This document shows, in pieces, positions 25,914 to 33,547 of a stretch of 35,866 nt of DNA. The notes below the pieces were generated by a model. It had not been told where the DNA came from and ran no database searches. It worked only from the letters and a program-made list of their open reading frames with translations. A program made the translations under genes and the position numbers. Within the stretch, counting starts at the first letter, position 1; every line of letters begins with the position of its first letter. Source of the DNA: a virus; IMG/VR virus record IMGVR_UViG_3300030098_000917, positions 1 through 35,866 of that record; one strand, given 5' to 3'.

Positions 25914-26157
25914 CGTTGGGTGCCCATCTATCGAGGTATGCCCAGAAGATTCGCCGGGCGTAGGTCAGTTTCTTGCAGTCCTCATACGTCCCACCGATTC
26001 CCCCATCGTGATCAGTTGAATCCTTCCAGCAGGCCCATGTGATCTGCATGGGGCCTATCTCTCCCGCGTCCCCTACGGCGTTCGTGGGATCGGGGTGCCC
26101 CCCGGTCTCGACCTGAGTGATGGCGTCTGCCAACCTAGAAGGGAACATCATCCACAT
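25723..26157 (-). CDS. Lysozyme-like lytic transglycosylase (SLT domain), the likely endolysin
   Basis: Supporting segments are ITQVETGG (putative catalytic Glu), GDAGEIGPMQI and ARIWNGGPQG...YW. The conservative start is ATG 26157. The frame stays open upstream to ATG 26382, which would add a signal-anchor. Confidence 0.65.
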   Translation of the reverse strand: MWMMFPSRLADAITQVETGGHPDPTNAVGDAGEIGPMQITWACWKDSTDHDGGIGGTYEDCKKLTYARRIFWAYLDRWAPNDDYETLARIWNGGPQGANKASTDAYWILVQRALDLDGDHGLSGFNDRDADQPTKSTGHSLSGS

Positions 26158-27742
26158 CTTGTTCGTCCCATTCTGACAACCTTCCTGTGAGTGGATTGTA
26201 TTTGACGGAGCAGCAGAGGCCGGTGTCTCCTGTGTATCGGTTCTTGAGAACTCGGAGACTCGTTGTGTTCTTGAGGTCTGCGTCTTGCTGGTCCCTCTCC
26301 AGGCCAATGCAAATATCGCTGAGCTGAGCAATAGCCCCACTGCCACGCAGATGGGCCAAAGAGACTTGACCGCCTTCTTCATGTGATCGTCCTTCCGGTC
26401 GTTTGAGGTGACTGACAATGACGAGGGCGATCTGGAGTTCTTCCACCAGGCTGCGGAGCTTCGTCATGGTGTTGTCGATCAGTCTCCGCTCGTCCCCATC
26501 GCCGATCCCGGACACCACAATGCTGAGGTGATCCAAGAAGATGTGAGTGCAGCCCATCCCCCGAGCCATATACCGAACACGGCTCAGGAGATTCTCGGAA
26601 TCGAGAGAACCCCAATGGTCGTACAAGACACACCGACCGTTCCCGACGGTAGCCTCGAACGCCTGTCTCTTCTGTTCCTCTGTGATCCGCTGCTCGTTCC
26701 ACTTGTGTGGTGGGCATTGGAGATAGAGTCCCATCAGGGCACGGGCTGACTGCTTCACATTCTCTTCCAGGGCTACCACGCCAACCGTGAGTCCCTGATT
26801 CAGCAACCACAGTTGCCATTCTCTAATCACGCTGCTCTTGCCTTGGCCGGTGCCGGACGTCAGGGTGACGACTTCACCCTGCCGCATCCCATAGGTCTTG
26901 GCGTTCAGCCCAGCCCAAGGGTATTCAACCGACTCCACCTCGGTCTCCTCGATGATCTTGTCCCAGAGCTCCTCGCCTGGAACGACACCATCGGGGCGGT
27001 ACGGTCGAGCCTCCCACATCGCAGAGATGAGTTCCTTCGACCGGCCCGCCACCAGCATCTCGCTGGCATCCTTGAGGGGGAGGGAGGCGATCGCCGCCTT
27101 TCCAGGCGACAGTTGCATCGCACATTCGACCGCCGCCTTCTGTCCCGGCTCATCTTGGTCGAACATGAAGACAACCTGCTCGTAGGTCTCCAGCCACTCA
27201 AGTTGGCGTTGAACTGCTTTGGCAGCTCCTTGTGCCCCAGAAGGCACGGAGACCACAGGCCATCGGTTGCCCTGTGCCTGCGACACAGACATCGCATCCA
27301 GCTCCCCCTCAGTGATGACGATCCGCTTGCCCCCCTGGCCCCAGAGGCGTTTGCCCCAAAGGCCAAGGCGGCGGCCCTCGCCAAGGATGTTGAACTCCTT
27401 GGATCGGGTGCGGATCTTCTGGGCAACAAGGCCACCATCATCGTCGTGGTAGTTGGCGACCTGAACTGTCTGACCCTTCCATTGAGACAGTCCGTACCCA
27501 AACTTCCGACAGGTCTCTTCCGTGATCTGCCGCTTGCTCAAGTCCCGGTAGTCCATAGGCAGAACCCCCGAGGGAGAAGTCGTCGGAGCAGTGACCTCAC
27601 CCTCAGCGGATTCATAGTGCCCACAGCCAAAGCAGTAGGCGTGCCCATCATCGTACCGAGCCAGATTGTCCTTGCTGTTGCAGCTGGGGCAGGGCTCGTG
27701 TGCGATGAAGTTGCTGTCCTGATCAGAGTGAGTAAGAGGCAT
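26135..27742 (-). CDS. Bifunctional primase-helicase (T7 gp4-like)
   Basis: The zinc finger is CPSCNSKDN...CFGCGH, followed by a TOPRIM-like region. Walker A is SGTGQGKSS. DnaB-type C-terminal motifs are LRGSGAIAQLSD and VLKNRYTGDTG. The acidic tail ends DEQDVDDVPF. Confidence 0.92.
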   Translation of the reverse strand: MPLTHSDQDSNFIAHEPCPSCNSKDNLARYDDGHAYCFGCGHYESAEGEVTAPTTSPSGVLPMDYRDLSKRQITEETCRKFGYGLSQWKGQTVQVANYHDDDGGLVAQKIRTRSKEFNILGEGRRLGLWGKRLWGQGGKRIVITEGELDAMSVSQAQGNRWPVVSVPSGAQGAAKAVQRQLEWLETYEQVVFMFDQDEPGQKAAVECAMQLSPGKAAIASLPLKDASEMLVAGRSKELISAMWEARPYRPDGVVPGEELWDKIIEETEVESVEYPWAGLNAKTYGMRQGEVVTLTSGTGQGKSSVIREWQLWLLNQGLTVGVVALEENVKQSARALMGLYLQCPPHKWNEQRITEEQKRQAFEATVGNGRCVLYDHWGSLDSENLLSRVRYMARGMGCTHIFLDHLSIVVSGIGDGDERRLIDNTMTKLRSLVEELQIALVIVSHLKRPEGRSHEEGGQVSLAHLRGSGAIAQLSDICIGLERDQQDADLKNTTSLRVLKNRYTGDTGLCCSVKYNPLTGRLSEWDEQDVDDVPF

Positions 27743-27956
27743 ACCGCTTACCCGTCAGGTCAGTCTTCATTTCGGTTTCGATGTCGTGGCCCTGGTTCCT
27801 CAGTTCCTCAACACGGGCGGCAAGCCGGTAGATGCGGTATAAAGACATGGCCTCCAGCGCAGTGATGGAGCCCTTCGTCTCCAAGTGGCGAAGGATTAAC
27901 TGGGCCTGGGTCATCTTCTTGGGAGCCTTCCATAGCTCCATCTGTTTTGTTGTCAT
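27723..27956 (-). CDS. Small winged-helix/HTH protein (HTH_39-like)
   Basis: The start is trimmed to MTTKQMELW (ATG 27956), 7 nt after GAGGAG. The pattern is QAQLILRHLETKGSITALEAMSLYRIYRLAARVEELRNQGHDI...YASYSL. Confidence 0.6.
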   Translation of the reverse strand: MTTKQMELWKAPKKMTQAQLILRHLETKGSITALEAMSLYRIYRLAARVEELRNQGHDIETEMKTDLTGKRYASYSL

Positions 27957-28338
27957 CGTCGATCTCCTCGACAACCAAGTCGATAAGCCCCTCCTCTGCC
28001 GCAAAGTCCTTGAAGGCACAGACCTTTACGATCTGTTGGTCATCCTCCCAGATGTACCCAGTGCAGCAGTCGAGGAGCAGTTTCAGGTAGTTATCAATGT
28101 CGCCTCTAGGTGTGGGGAGCTTTGTTGTCTTCGGCTTCTTCACCGAAAACATCACCCACACCAACAGCCTTCCACTCAAGGGAGCCTCGGGGAGAAGTCC
28201 CTCCTCCCGCATACCACCAAGGAGAGCCAAGGCTTCCGAGCGGAAGGCCTGGTGCCGCTTCCCGTAGTAGGTGCCCCACTTGGAGACACGCGGGCGGGAA
28301 GCAGGGACCGGGTTGATGTTGAGGCGGTAGGTGAGCAT
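27808..28338 (-). CDS. RusA-like Holliday junction resolvase with an extended acidic tail
   Basis: Supporting segments are PVPASRPR...RGDIDNYLKLLLDCCTGYIWEDDQQIV...IDLVVEEI. There is no stop until 27808, so the last roughly 50 codons overlap the downstream HTH gene out of frame. Confidence 0.7.
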   Translation of the reverse strand: MLTYRLNINPVPASRPRVSKWGTYYGKRHQAFRSEALALLGGMREEGLLPEAPLSGRLLVWVMFSVKKPKTTKLPTPRGDIDNYLKLLLDCCTGYIWEDDQQIVKVCAFKDFAAEEGLIDLVVEEIDDDNKTDGAMEGSQEDDPGPVNPSPLGDEGLHHCAGGHVFIPHLPACRPC

Positions 28339-28919
28339 CAGAAGTCGTCTTCGTCCTCACCCGTTCCGTTGACGGCGTTGTCATTCTCCGCCGCCATCAT
28401 GGTGGAAGCTGTCTCGAATCCATCGACAGCCTGGAAGGCCACGCTGGACCCACTGAACTCCTTGAGTTCAATGACCTGCACACCACGGAGCCGGAGGGTA
28501 ACTCCGACACCGAGAGCAGCGACGAACCAAGGGCGAGGATCGAAGTCAACGACGACCTCGGAGCCTGAGCCGATGTTCTCGGTCATGGGGTTGCATCCCG
28601 CGTCAACCAGGGTAGGCCTCTGGTCGAAGCCCTTGGCCGTCTTGGCCTTCAGCTTGATACGAAAGAGCCAGTTGCCCGTGGGGCTACCGTCCTCGTCGTA
28701 CTCCTCCTGGAACGGCAGGTCTGCCTTCTTGAGCTTGGGCTTCTTCCGTTCCTTGCATTCAGTTGCGTAGGCTTCATCTCGGATCTGCTCGATCTTCTCG
28801 ATGAGCTTCTCGCTGTCCTTGGCTCCGAGACTCAGCTGGAGCTGGTAGACACCATCGTCATCAAACTTGGTGTCCGGTTCGTTGAGATGCGGGTACACCG
28901 CAATTCCGCGTGCTTGCAT
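28338..28919 (-). CDS. Single-stranded DNA-binding protein (T7 gp2.5-like)
   Basis: Start at MQARGIAVYPHLNEPDTKF (ATG 28919, AAGGAG RBS). The acidic C-terminal tail ends EDEDDF. Synteny (just after the RNAP gene) agrees. Confidence 0.75.
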   Translation of the reverse strand: MQARGIAVYPHLNEPDTKFDDDGVYQLQLSLGAKDSEKLIEKIEQIRDEAYATECKERKKPKLKKADLPFQEEYDEDGSPTGNWLFRIKLKAKTAKGFDQRPTLVDAGCNPMTENIGSGSEVVVDFDPRPWFVAALGVGVTLRLRGVQVIELKEFSGSSVAFQAVDGFETASTMMAAENDNAVNGTGEDEDDF

Positions 28920-28950
28920 GTGATCTCCTTTCATGCCTCAGTGGATCAAT

Positions 28951-31347
28951 TCACGAATAGAAATACTGACTCTGCCTGATCAGTTCGATATCCAGATCAC
29001 CCCTCTCCGGGGGCTCAGGCAACGTAACCCCTATCGGCAAGTAGTGGGTGAGTTCCGATAGAAAATCTTGCATCAAATCTTGGCTGTAGATTTCGATCAC
29101 CGACTCAAGAAGGTGCTCGACCATCATGGGCATATCGGGCGATAAGCCCAAAGCCGCATCGTGGATAAAGCTCTGAAACATAATCCCACTGCTTGAGTTC
29201 TTGAGAGTTGTCTTGGTCACGATCGACCCATCATCCGAGTGGATTCGGTTGGGAGCCACACCGTTGCAGCCCTTACGCTTGCAGAGTTTTCCACTGCCGT
29301 ATCTGATCTTGTGCTGCCGGATGACGTCGCCGATAACCGTCTTCACGCTCTGGCTTTGCCAAGTCTCATAGGCTTGCTTGACCACAAAGCCGGTCGGAGT
29401 TGTCCACCGGATCGGTGCCTCGTTGTCGATGCAGATCCGAGCCACATCTCGGAACCAAGACATAGCCTTCTGGGCCTCACCAACGACGTCAGAGATCGAC
29501 TCCCAGACGAGGTCGGCCAGGAAGTGAGGGGGCTTGAACGTCTCCTCAAAGCCGAAGGGGTTATCCATGCCCCTGGTCTTGAGCTCCGACAGGAACCACT
29601 CCCGCACATAATCTCGACAGGCCCACCGAGTACCTGAATATGGCACCACCATCGTAGCGCGTTTGGTGGCCTTACGATCGACACCAAACCTCAGCCAGGC
29701 CCGAGCCAAGTCACTGCCGTCGGCTTCAAGACGACGGATGGTTGCGTCGGCCACATCCTGATAGATGTCTTGGGGCCGAGCGGTTGGCAGGACGTTGGTA
29801 GCCAAAGCTCCCACCGGATCACACATAAGCAGCGAGTAAAGTTGCAGGCCATTGCAGGAGCCATCGACAGACACAGGCAGTTGGGTCACAAAGCCCGGCC
29901 CTTCTTTCATATAGTTGGCCCATTCAAAGCAGAAGGCCAAGAACAGTTCCGGCTCGTCCGCCCTGCCCCACAACGACGTCGTGCCCCGAGGGTCTTGAGC
30001 GATGGCCTCGATCATCTCCCGGTTGGCGTGGGTCCACTCGATCCTCTCGTCCAGTGTGCCCTTGTCCTCGCCGTAGCAGTTCGCCCCGTGGATGGTGAGC
30101 CACTTGGCATCCTCGTCAGTCCAGATCGGCTTAGCCGACGCCGACCGCAGGATCGAGCGGGCTACCTTTGATCCCTGGGGCTGCAAGAAGTAGACACGGG
30201 GATACTTCCGGCCACGAAAGTCCATGTACCAGGGGAAGTAGATCGGGCGGCCTTTGAGCTTCTCGGCCATCCAGAATATTTTTGTCATCTGAAGCCGCTT
30301 GGACTCGGCACTTCGGTTCTCGGCGTGAACCCGAGCCGCTGCCTTCCTCCACTTCCGACGGGCCTCCTCGTTCTCCCCGATGTCGGCAGGCTTCGATGGG
30401 ATCTTCTCGCCGACAGGTGAAGGGATGTCACCGATCTCGATGTCCTGCTCCCAGCAGTACCTCAAAGTATCGAGGACGTCCTCATTGATCTCCCAGGCTA
30501 CCCGCTGAAGTTGGTTGACAGCCGCCTTGTCTTCATAAAGATCAATGGCGTTCAAGTGCTCAAGGTGTTGACGGTCGTTTGTCTTGATCAGAGGCCGAGG
30601 GAAAACGTGCTCCGTCAGGTAGCCCCCGGTGTAGACATCAGTCCAATCGGCAGGCCGTTCGATCATAGGCAGGTACAACGGAGAGAGGTCTTCAGAATAC
30701 TTATGAGCCTCTTTCATCCATGCCGTCAGCTCGTCGGTGGCGTGAACGTATGTCTCCGACTTGCCCAGCAGTCCCCGCCGCGTCGTGATCTCGATGATCC
30801 CAGTGGAGATACGCATCAGCTCGATCAACGTCATGCCGATCTTGAGCCGCATGTTCCTCGGCCACTTCGAGAACTGAAGGTCGATGAACTTCTCGCTGTT
30901 GGCCAGGAACTTACGCTTCGACTCGTAGCCAGGGATCTTCTTGGCCTGCTCGACGTTCAGCTTCCAGATGTCCGGGTGCTTGTCCCGCATCTCCCGCCAC
31001 CTGACTTCATCCTCGATCATCCGGGCGACCTTGAATGATGCTTTGGTCAGCCGCTCGTGCATCGAGATCGAGTCGATCACTGTCCTGGCCGTGAGGGCCG
31101 CAACGATCGAAGGGTCCAGGATGTCGATGTATGGGTGCGTTGAGTTCCGGTTGCCCACCGGCTGCCGCTCAACCTGCTTCTTCCACGACCTGATCTCATC
31201 AGCCAGTCGATCCACCGACTCCGTCAGGAGCCTCTTGCCCAATGGATTCTGACTCTCGACGTTGTGCTCAGTCGTTCGCTGAACGTGCTTCCAATACCTA
31301 TGGCGACCGAGTTCTCTCATCTCAGCTTCGAGGTCGGATTGTCTCAT
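28951..31347 (-). CDS. Single-subunit DNA-directed RNA polymerase (T7 gp1-like)
   Basis: 798 aa. VDGSCNGLQ corresponds to T7 DGSCSGIQ, KRATMVVPYSG to T7 KRSVMTLAYGS, and FIHDAA to T7 IHDSFG. Confidence 0.92.
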   Translation of the reverse strand: MRQSDLEAEMRELGRHRYWKHVQRTTEHNVESQNPLGKRLLTESVDRLADEIRSWKKQVERQPVGNRNSTHPYIDILDPSIVAALTARTVIDSISMHERLTKASFKVARMIEDEVRWREMRDKHPDIWKLNVEQAKKIPGYESKRKFLANSEKFIDLQFSKWPRNMRLKIGMTLIELMRISTGIIEITTRRGLLGKSETYVHATDELTAWMKEAHKYSEDLSPLYLPMIERPADWTDVYTGGYLTEHVFPRPLIKTNDRQHLEHLNAIDLYEDKAAVNQLQRVAWEINEDVLDTLRYCWEQDIEIGDIPSPVGEKIPSKPADIGENEEARRKWRKAAARVHAENRSAESKRLQMTKIFWMAEKLKGRPIYFPWYMDFRGRKYPRVYFLQPQGSKVARSILRSASAKPIWTDEDAKWLTIHGANCYGEDKGTLDERIEWTHANREMIEAIAQDPRGTTSLWGRADEPELFLAFCFEWANYMKEGPGFVTQLPVSVDGSCNGLQLYSLLMCDPVGALATNVLPTARPQDIYQDVADATIRRLEADGSDLARAWLRFGVDRKATKRATMVVPYSGTRWACRDYVREWFLSELKTRGMDNPFGFEETFKPPHFLADLVWESISDVVGEAQKAMSWFRDVARICIDNEAPIRWTTPTGFVVKQAYETWQSQSVKTVIGDVIRQHKIRYGSGKLCKRKGCNGVAPNRIHSDDGSIVTKTTLKNSSSGIMFQSFIHDAALGLSPDMPMMVEHLLESVIEIYSQDLMQDFLSELTHYLPIGVTLPEPPERGDLDIELIRQSQYFYS

Positions 31348-31435
31348 GTTCTTGTTTCGTCCATGAACGTGGCAGTGTGCCGTGCCACAATAACTGAAAT
31401 GAGGCAGTCCATTGCCCCAGTGGATCTATCTGCAT

Positions 31436-31466
31436 AATAGGAAACCCAAGGGCTGTGACCCTTGGG
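31436..31466 (-). terminator. Hairpin terminator downstream of tRNA-Leu
   Basis: The minus-strand RNA is CCCAAGGG-UCACAG-CCCUUGGG followed by UUUCCUAUUAU. The stem is a perfect 8 bp. Confidence 0.5.
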
Positions 31467-31532
31467 CTCCCTTTGAGAAAGGAAAGTTGGAGGAGTGGAT
31501 GGATCGTAAAGAGATTTTAAGACTGATGCAAG

Positions 31533-31620
31533 TGGTGCGGGCGGCGGGACTCGAACCCACAACCCATTGATAGGGGGCAGATTTTAAGTCTGCTGTGTAT
31601 ACCACTTCCACCACGCCCGC
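31533..31620 (-). tRNA. tRNA-Leu (anticodon UAA), class II, with an encoded CCA
   Basis: I folded the cloverleaf manually. The acceptor stem is GCGGGCG/CGCCCGC and the D stem is GTG/CAC. The anticodon stem is GCAGA/TCTGC with loop CTTAAAA. There is a long variable arm. The T arm is GTGGG-TTCGAGT-CCCGC, followed by discriminator A and CCA. Confidence 0.9.
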
Positions 31621-31637
31621 AGACCCTTGCCACATGG

Positions 31638-32672
31638 TTATGCCACAACGTCGAGCATGGGACCAGATGATCTGTTGGGCTCCAGCAAACCGATGGCTGA
31701 CACCAAGTTATGAGGAGCCAAGTGAGCGTAGCGGAGCGTGACTTCAATCGTCTTGTGCCCCGCCAGTTCCTTCACCGTCAGGATCGGGACACCTCGCTGC
31801 ACCAGGCGTGAGCAGAACGTGTGCCTCAGAGCATGCATCACCTCCTGCCCAGTGGCTGGCCAGTCCATGTGAAGACGGAGCCGGTCCCAGTAGTTCCTGA
31901 GATGGTGCTTCGTCGTCCACTCGAAAGGCCCCTTGGCCGAGGAGTCCATGGCACCCAACGCAGCTTGAGCCGCCTGGGTCAGGGGGACTCCCCTTGGGCT
32001 CTCGGACTTCGTGTCCGACAGGATCACCACGCCCCCTTGGATGTCACGCCACTCAAGACCACGGGTCTCACTGACCCTGAGCCCAGTGTCGGCCTGGAAC
32101 CTGACCCAGTGCCCCATGTTCGGGTGACCAAGGTGGTCGAAGTAGGCCACCATCTCCTTGAGTTCCTTGTCGGTAAACCAACGCAGACGGTTGACCCCCT
32201 CTCGCAGCCGCTGGACCTTGGGCTTCGAGTCGATCACCCCGATGTCCTTGGCCACCGTCAGGCACTTGGACAGCGAAGCGAGCTTCCGGTTGATCGTGGC
32301 ATTCGAGTTCCCGTGGTCCTTGAGGGCCAAGATCACTCGGTCAATGGCGAACAGGTCGATGTCACGCACCAGTGTCCCCATGCCGATAAGCCCGCCGACA
32401 ATCTCAGCGTTCCGCTTGAGGCCACTGCCAGACTTCGAGTCCGACCAGTACCGAGTAGACACGTACTCGATCATCTGTCCCAGGGTCTTGGGCCTCTCAT
32501 CGGAGCCACGCTCGGTGCCTCCCATGTCCGGCACCCGACCAGCCACTACGTCGGCCTTGGCCTGGGCCTCCCAGACCTCAGCATCCTCGTATGTCTTGAA
32601 CTGCTTACGCCACCGCTGACCCTTGTGGTTCACCGTGGCTTGGAAGCCCTTGTCCCTTGCGCTAATGGTCAT
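31638..32672 (-). CDS. int: Tyrosine recombinase / phage integrase
   Basis: 344 aa. The C-terminal catalytic pattern is ...TGLRVSE...HALRHTFCSRLVQRG...LAGHKTIEVTLRYAHL (R, H-x-x-R, H, Y). Confidence 0.88.
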   Translation of the reverse strand: MTISARDKGFQATVNHKGQRWRKQFKTYEDAEVWEAQAKADVVAGRVPDMGGTERGSDERPKTLGQMIEYVSTRYWSDSKSGSGLKRNAEIVGGLIGMGTLVRDIDLFAIDRVILALKDHGNSNATINRKLASLSKCLTVAKDIGVIDSKPKVQRLREGVNRLRWFTDKELKEMVAYFDHLGHPNMGHWVRFQADTGLRVSETRGLEWRDIQGGVVILSDTKSESPRGVPLTQAAQAALGAMDSSAKGPFEWTTKHHLRNYWDRLRLHMDWPATGQEVMHALRHTFCSRLVQRGVPILTVKELAGHKTIEVTLRYAHLAPHNLVSAIGLLEPNRSSGPMLDVVA

Positions 32673-32988
32673 CAGATAGGTTCTCCAGTGTCGTCTTTAG
32701 TCTTCGGCCAGAGGCCGTGAGACTGACCAGTTTTTGTCGTCGATCCATGATGTCCTCGTGAGCTTCGAGAAGTTTGAGCCCCGGCCGCTTGTGCCTGCTC
32801 CAGGCCCCGAGGGCCGATACGTTCCGAGAGACCGAGGACTGGGCTAGGCCGCTACGCTGAGCCAGCACCCGCATCGGGATTGGGTCAGGGTCCGCCTCCG
32901 CTACCAGCAGAAACGTCACCACCGTCTGTGCCTGGATCTCGGGGTCCAGCTGACGGAACGCCTCGATTGAGGCCAATAAGTTTTTCAT
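32662..32988 (-). CDS. MarR-like winged-helix transcriptional regulator, a candidate lysogeny regulator
   Basis: 108 aa. The pattern is ...MRVLAQRSGLAQSSVSRNVSALGA...LLEAHEDIMDRRQKLVSLTASGRRL. It overlaps the integrase start by 11 nt. Confidence 0.65.
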   Translation of the reverse strand: MKNLLASIEAFRQLDPEIQAQTVVTFLLVAEADPDPIPMRVLAQRSGLAQSSVSRNVSALGAWSRHKRPGLKLLEAHEDIMDRRQKLVSLTASGRRLKTTLENLSDDH

Positions 32989-33159
32989 TAGGTGTCCAGA
33001 TCAAGTTGATTCTCCACAACCGAAGGAACCATTCGCCATCCTCCCGCCATGCCAATACATGCGCCGGTGGATGGGAAAAGTCAAACCAAGCCTGCCCAAG
33101 GCCGAAAGGTAAACGCACCAGCATACGCCGCCCCACCGCTTCATTTACAAATGCGAATG

Positions 33160-33189
33160 ATTATGAGTCGCACCGTTTCCACAAGTCAA
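33160..33189 (-). promoter_or_regulatory. Sigma70-like promoter upstream of the MarR-integrase cassette
   Basis: On the minus strand, TTGACT (33189..33184) is followed by an 18-nt spacer and CATAAT (33165..33160). It lies immediately downstream of the early-operon terminator. Confidence 0.45.
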
Positions 33190-33197
33190 TGCCCCAG

Positions 33198-33240
33198 TGA
33201 AAAGGCCCCGGCCCGCTGAGGATGACAAGCGGACCGGGGC
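33198..33240 (-). terminator. Rho-independent terminator ending the early small-gene operon
   Basis: The minus-strand RNA is GCCCCGGUCCGC-(12-nt loop)-GCGGGCCGGGGC followed by CUUUUCAC. The 12-bp stem contains a G-U wobble on this strand, which would be a C-A mismatch on the other strand. Confidence 0.65.
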
Positions 33241-33254
33241 AACAGGAGAAACTA

Positions 33255-33335
33255 TTAGTCCTCGGGGAGGATGATGCCCAAGGCTACCATGATCAGGGCG
33301 ATGATGCCCACCAGGGCTAGGAGGTTCGTCATCAT
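33255..33335 (-). CDS. 26-aa hydrophobic micro-protein
   Basis: MMTNLLALVGIIALIMVALGIILPED. It has an ATGA overlap with the upstream ORF, is preceded by GGGGGTGACGC and is followed by TAA-TAG and the terminator. It is below the track's length cut-off, so I translated it by hand. Confidence 0.5.
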   Translation of the reverse strand: MMTNLLALVGIIALIMVALGIILPED

Positions 33336-33547
33336 GCGTCACCCCCTACCTGACCATACTGGTTCCACTCGTTGATATCGCCTGTATTGATCTGGGGGCA
33401 TCCCCCATTCATTGAGATCGAATCGATCTCCGGGGTGATGCAGTGTTGGTTTTTTACGCCAGCGAAGATAATGATGTCATCCTTCCATAGCCGCAAGATC
33501 GCAGCGACATCTTCGCCCGTCAGCTTCTTTAGGTCTTGAGGAGTCAT
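33332..33547 (-). CDS. Early hypothetical protein (71 aa)
   Basis: The start lies within the conserved cassette CAGGAGGTGACGCATGA. The protein ends ...QVGGDA. Confidence 0.6.
   Translation of the reverse strand: MTPQDLKKLTGEDVAAILRLWKDDIIIFAGVKNQHCITPEIDSISMNGGCPQINTGDINEWNQYGQVGGDA

Noticed and set aside
32885-33136. 83-aa minus-strand ORF in the leader between the lysogeny promoter and the MarR-like gene
   Set aside because: Its 3' 100 nt overlap the MarR-like gene out of frame and read as G/P/S low complexity, and it has no clear SD. The N-terminal approximately 50 residues look mildly protein-like, so a short leader ORF is possible but unsupported.
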